This document shows positions 60,448 to 64,000 of a stretch of 64,000 nucleotides of DNA, one piece after another. The stretch's first letter is position 1, and each line of letters starts with the position of its first letter. A program made the position numbers and the translations under genes. The stretch is from Candidatus Omnitrophota bacterium (GTDB taxonomy: Bacteria > Omnitrophota > Gorgyraeia > Tantalellales > Tantalellaceae): the NCBI GenBank assembly GCA_015231405.1, contig JADGBR010000001.1:5859-69858 (forward strand). The letters run 5' to 3'. The notes under the pieces were generated by a model. That model saw only the letters and a program-made list of their open reading frames with translations. It did not search any database and was not told the origin of the DNA.

Positions 60448-61965
60448 ATGCGAAGACGGCAAAAATATTCTTTTAGCGCTAATGCGGGTGGAGGACCGGG
60501 CGTTCGGTTCGCGGCGGTGGCGTTTATCTTAATTGTTATTGCCGCGCTTCAGCCCTCCCAGTCGTTCGCCGAGGCGAAGCAGGAAAAAAAGAAGGTCGAA
60601 AGGTCGGCGTTAACGGCGGAGCTTTCCAAGAACCCTTTCGCGTTGACGATCGCGGACAATATCCCGGTAAAGAAAACACGTGAAGAGTTCGGGTTCGACG
60701 ATCGGAAGATCATATGGTCCGCATCCATCCGGAACGGGCTTGGCGCTTACAACAGGAAAGATTACCTGGTGTGCTGGTATGGGCCTGACGGAATGATATT
60801 TTCCAAACAGGAACCGAAATTCTTTTATTTTGACTGTAGCGGATTAAGATCCGAACTCCTTGTAGATAAACTATCCATGGGGGATAAATGCGGAGTTTGG
60901 AAAATGGAGGTGATCTTTAATAATCAGATCATCGATGAAAAATATTTTTATCTCGGGGAATCCCGGGGAGCGGGAGTCTCTGATGAAGAGAAGAAAAATA
61001 TAGATTCGATCCTTTCCCGGGACGTTCAAGCTTCCATGGACATCGAAGAAGCCAAGAACTTTTCTCGGAAAGAGCTGGCGAGCTGTATATTTAAGGATAA
61101 CATCGATCCGAACCTTTCCGCCGGGGTCCGTGAAATTTACCTTACCGCCGATAAGAACGATCGGCCAGCGATAAATTTTAACGGGAAAGTGTATATCCCA
61201 AGAGACTTTAAAGAGCTGGTATGGGTGGGCATTTTTAAGACTTTCTGGGGAGTCGGTAAGAATAATTTAGAGGTTTATTGGCTTGACCCTGACAAGAAGA
61301 TAGTTCAGCAGAATAATGCACAGATGATCGTGTGTGATAGGGCGGATTTTCGGCTCAAACGGGAAACTCTCGACGGAGTTCCAGATGGGGAATGGGCCGT
61401 GATATGTTACGCAGAAAATAAAAAGATCTCACAGAATAATTTTATTATAGCCGGTGACGAGGAATACTCAAGGATACTGGCTGATGAAGAGAAGCGGGTG
61501 TCGATCAAACGGTTGGAAAATGGATCAGAAAAGAATAAAAAGAGGCCGGCGGTTGAACCACTTAAGGGTGGGAAGCCAAAACCAAAGATATACTGGGATG
61601 TGAAAAAGGGGGCCGATAAGGCCGAAATTTCCGAAAAATGGGCCGATCCTGACAGAGTTATCGTGATAGATCCGGAGCATGAAGTCTGGGTTTACTGGAC
61701 TGTTCTATCCCATGACGCTTATTCGTCAAGCCGGGCGGGTGGGATTGCCTCCGGCGGGAACATTTTAGGCGCATTGTTGTATTCAGCTATATCCGCGTCG
61801 GTCGATACCGCCTTTCAGAGCGGGAGTATCCTTGTCCTGTATTATGAGCAGGGGAAAGTCAGGGATGTCGCGGTGAAACAATCAGTTTACCTCGAAGAAG
61901 TCGATAAAATTACTCTCAATGAACTAAAAACCCTGATAAAAGATATCCCGGTCAAACAGGGATAA
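60448..61965 (+). CDS. Exported hypothetical protein with two repeated beta-rich domains and an SmpA/BamE-like C-terminus
   Basis: Long signal/TM segment; two W..PD...G.W units; KKGADKAEI..WADPD...WVY. Confidence 0.7.
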   Translation: MRRRQKYSFSANAGGGPGVRFAAVAFILIVIAALQPSQSFAEAKQEKKKVERSALTAELSKNPFALTIADNIPVKKTREEFGFDDRKIIWSASIRNGLGAYNRKDYLVCWYGPDGMIFSKQEPKFFYFDCSGLRSELLVDKLSMGDKCGVWKMEVIFNNQIIDEKYFYLGESRGAGVSDEEKKNIDSILSRDVQASMDIEEAKNFSRKELASCIFKDNIDPNLSAGVREIYLTADKNDRPAINFNGKVYIPRDFKELVWVGIFKTFWGVGKNNLEVYWLDPDKKIVQQNNAQMIVCDRADFRLKRETLDGVPDGEWAVICYAENKKISQNNFIIAGDEEYSRILADEEKRVSIKRLENGSEKNKKRPAVEPLKGGKPKPKIYWDVKKGADKAEISEKWADPDRVIVIDPEHEVWVYWTVLSHDAYSSSRAGGIASGGNILGALLYSAISASVDTAFQSGSILVLYYEQGKVRDVAVKQSVYLEEVDKITLNELKTLIKDIPVKQG

Positions 61966-62059
61966 GTAATTCAATCGATCCTTATTTCCGTCCCTGCCAG
62001 AAAATTGCTAATTTGGTATTAGTGTTGTCTTTTGACGGGTGATATGTAAAATATACGGG

Positions 62060-62776
62060 ATGAATAGAGACAATACGCTCAAGTACGCCATTGTAATATC
62101 CTTGGTTCTTCACTTGGGGGTGGTATTCCCGTGGATGTTTTTGCGTTCCAAGGCGCAGGATGAGGTAGGCGGGAGGATACCTGAAGGTGTTTATACCGTT
62201 GTGGATATGGGTCAGGTGGTCATTGAAAAGGGTGTGACGCCTGTTAGTGAAAATGCCGCCCTGGATGAGACTTCCGCCGTTAACGATATCAAGATGCCTC
62301 CGCTAGGCGAGTCGCGGATAAACGAGACTATAGCGCCGCCTGCGAATGTGATCCCGCCAAAAGAGGCCCCGTTGCCTTCCAAGGTTCCCGTAGGGCCTGC
62401 AAAAAGTTCATTGCCTGTCCAGGAGACGACTAAAAGTTCGGATGAGTCGAACGGGAAGTCTCTGGAAGGAACTTATACGGACGAGGAGAAGAAAGCGGCG
62501 TATGCGGATTATTTCGACTCGATCCGGGATAAAATAAAGAGATCGGCCGCCAGCATTGTGAGGACAGATTATACCGGTGAGGTAGAAGCTGTTTTTACCC
62601 TTGCTCCGAATGGTGAGCTTCTAAGGATAGACGATGTCATTTCTCCTCTAGTACCTACATTGGCTTCTAAGACCATTAAAAGCATACGCAAAGCCTCTCC
62701 GTTCCAGCCTTTTCCCGCCGAAATAGGCGACTCGCCGATCACTTTTTCGTTGAAGATCAAGTTCACGGCGAAGTGA
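62060..62776 (+). CDS. TonB/TolA C-terminal domain protein
   Basis: SLVLH TM motif, Pro-rich linker, GEV...F....G, ASPF.PFP. Confidence 0.8.
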   Translation: MNRDNTLKYAIVISLVLHLGVVFPWMFLRSKAQDEVGGRIPEGVYTVVDMGQVVIEKGVTPVSENAALDETSAVNDIKMPPLGESRINETIAPPANVIPPKEAPLPSKVPVGPAKSSLPVQETTKSSDESNGKSLEGTYTDEEKKAAYADYFDSIRDKIKRSAASIVRTDYTGEVEAVFTLAPNGELLRIDDVISPLVPTLASKTIKSIRKASPFQPFPAEIGDSPITFSLKIKFTAK

Positions 62777-62779
62777 TTT

Positions 62780-62814
62780 AGTTGTCAGTTGTCAGTTGTC
62801 GGTTACTGGTTGGT
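62780..62814. repeat. Heptamer array AGTTGTC x3-5
   Basis: agttgtc agttgtc agttgtc ggttact ggttggt. Confidence 0.75.
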
Positions 62815-62829
62815 TTATAAGCTATCATA

Positions 62830-62858
62830 TTGACAAAACATTTTTATTAAATTAACAT
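62830..62858 (+). promoter_or_regulatory. Sigma-70-type promoter
   Basis: TTGACA-17nt-TAACAT. Confidence 0.55.
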
Positions 62859-62923
62859 AATGGTTGCAGGATATAGCCGATTAAGCCCTTATTTTAGGGG
62901 CGTGACAATAACCTGGAGGATGT

Positions 62924-64000
62924 ATTAATCGTATTTGGGTGTTTTGCTTTCTTATACTTTTTTCTGTTCTTATCTTTCCATTCACAGCGTTCCCAGAGCA
63001 CGGATCCGATGTTTATAGCAAGGTGTTGGATAACGGGGCGGTTTTCCTGTATAAGCAGGTTCCCGGGTCGGAGATAAGCATAGTCCAGATCAGGGTGCTT
63101 TCCGGGTTATCTAACGAAGGCGAATACGCCGGTTCCGGAATATCCCATTTCCTCGAACATCTTCTTTTTAAGTCTACGCATGATAAGGATTCGAAAGAGG
63201 TTTTCGCCGAGATCCGCGGTATGGGAGGGATCATTAACGGGTTTACGGGCATGGATTCCGCCGCTTACCACATTACTGTCCCTAACGAGAATCTGGAACA
63301 AGCCGTAAATTTACTGTCAGACCTGGTTATGGACCTTGTTTTTACGGACGAGGAGATGGAAAAGGAACGGGGAGTGATACTCCGCGAGATCGGGATGTAC
63401 GATGACGACCCAGGGGATAAAAGGCTAAAACAGCTTTTTTTTGGCGCTTACACCACGAACGTTTACAGGTACCCGATCATAGGGTATAAGGATAGGTTTG
63501 AGAAGATAAAGAGAGATGATATTTTAAAGTATCATTCGATCGCATATTCGCCTGACAGGATGGTCGTAGGGGTAGCCGGAGGGGTATCCCGCGAGGACGC
63601 TTTGCGATACGTCGTAAACAAGTTCAGCGGCTATAAAAGGGGGCTTGCCGGCATGGCGGCTCCCGTGCCCCTAGAACCCGGGCAATTGGATGAGCGGACC
63701 GTAAAGTCCGAAATGGACATAAATCTCGGATATTTAGCCATAGGCTTCCATACCACAGACCTGTATTCTAAAGATATTTACCCGATGGATACCCTTGCGG
63801 CGATCCTGGGGGAAGGACGGGACTCCAGGTTATACCAGAGGCTCGTCCGCGATAAAGAGCTTTTGTATTCCATTTCCGCCGAGAACATGACCCCGAGATA
63901 CCCGGGGCTTATGGTAATTACCGGTGAAGGCGATCCCGGGAAGCTGGCCGAAGCCCGCGAGGAGATATCCAAGGTAATTGACGAGCTCAAAACCGTCCCG
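62924..64000 (+). CDS. M16 (pitrilysin-family) zinc peptidase, runs off the window end; not in the ORF track
   Basis: Manual translation: hydrophobic signal, LDNG, GISHFLEHLLFK (HxxEH at 63146-63160), NGFT, KER.VI..E. Start uncertain (ATT 62924 or GTG 62939). Confidence 0.85.
   Translation, partial: MNRIWVFCFLILFSVLIFPFTAFPEHGSDVYSKVLDNGAVFLYKQVPGSEISIVQIRVLSGLSNEGEYAGSGISHFLEHLLFKSTHDKDSKEVFAEIRGMGGIINGFTGMDSAAYHITVPNENLEQAVNLLSDLVMDLVFTDEEMEKERGVILREIGMYDDDPGDKRLKQLFFGAYTTNVYRYPIIGYKDRFEKIKRDDILKYHSIAYSPDRMVVGVAGGVSREDALRYVVNKFSGYKRGLAGMAAPVPLEPGQLDERTVKSEMDINLGYLAIGFHTTDLYSKDIYPMDTLAAILGEGRDSRLYQRLVRDKELLYSISAENMTPRYPGLMVITGEGDPGKLAEAREEISKVIDELKTVP

Overview
Bacterial chromosomal window, probably PVC superphylum and most likely Ca. 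Omnitrophota (inferred from rpmD absence, RpoB motifs, long ribosomal-protein tails and a giant-protein-like ORF; not verified). 1-10.4 kb: accessory/signalling genes (C-terminal end of a large HExxH protein, secreted zincin, three PilZ proteins, PflX-like radical SAM, FecR, CBS, YgjP, LhgO-like oxidase, MORN protein). 10.4-42.8 kb: the translation/transcription superoperon (tRNA-Gly, tRNA-Thr, tuf, rpmG, tRNA-Trp, secE, nusG, rplKAJL, rpoBC, str, S10, spc without rpmD, alpha). 43-50 kb: mutS-mutL-nth, SIMPL and a thermonuclease. 50-55.7 kb: leuCD-like, lipB, a stand-alone lipoyl domain and glycolipid genes. 55.9-64 kb: DUF6580-like transporter, cobalamin riboswitch, TonB-dependent receptor, sigma-54 PEP-CTERM gene, TonB-C protein and a truncated M16 peptidase. 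The most unusual signal is non-coding: about nine imperfect 7-nt tandem arrays at gene junctions, often as inverted pairs. Two of them carry the same 30-bp palindrome inserted exactly at a unit boundary. A group IIC intron-like 5' remnant follows the rplQ terminator. No CRISPR array, rRNA or transposase was seen.
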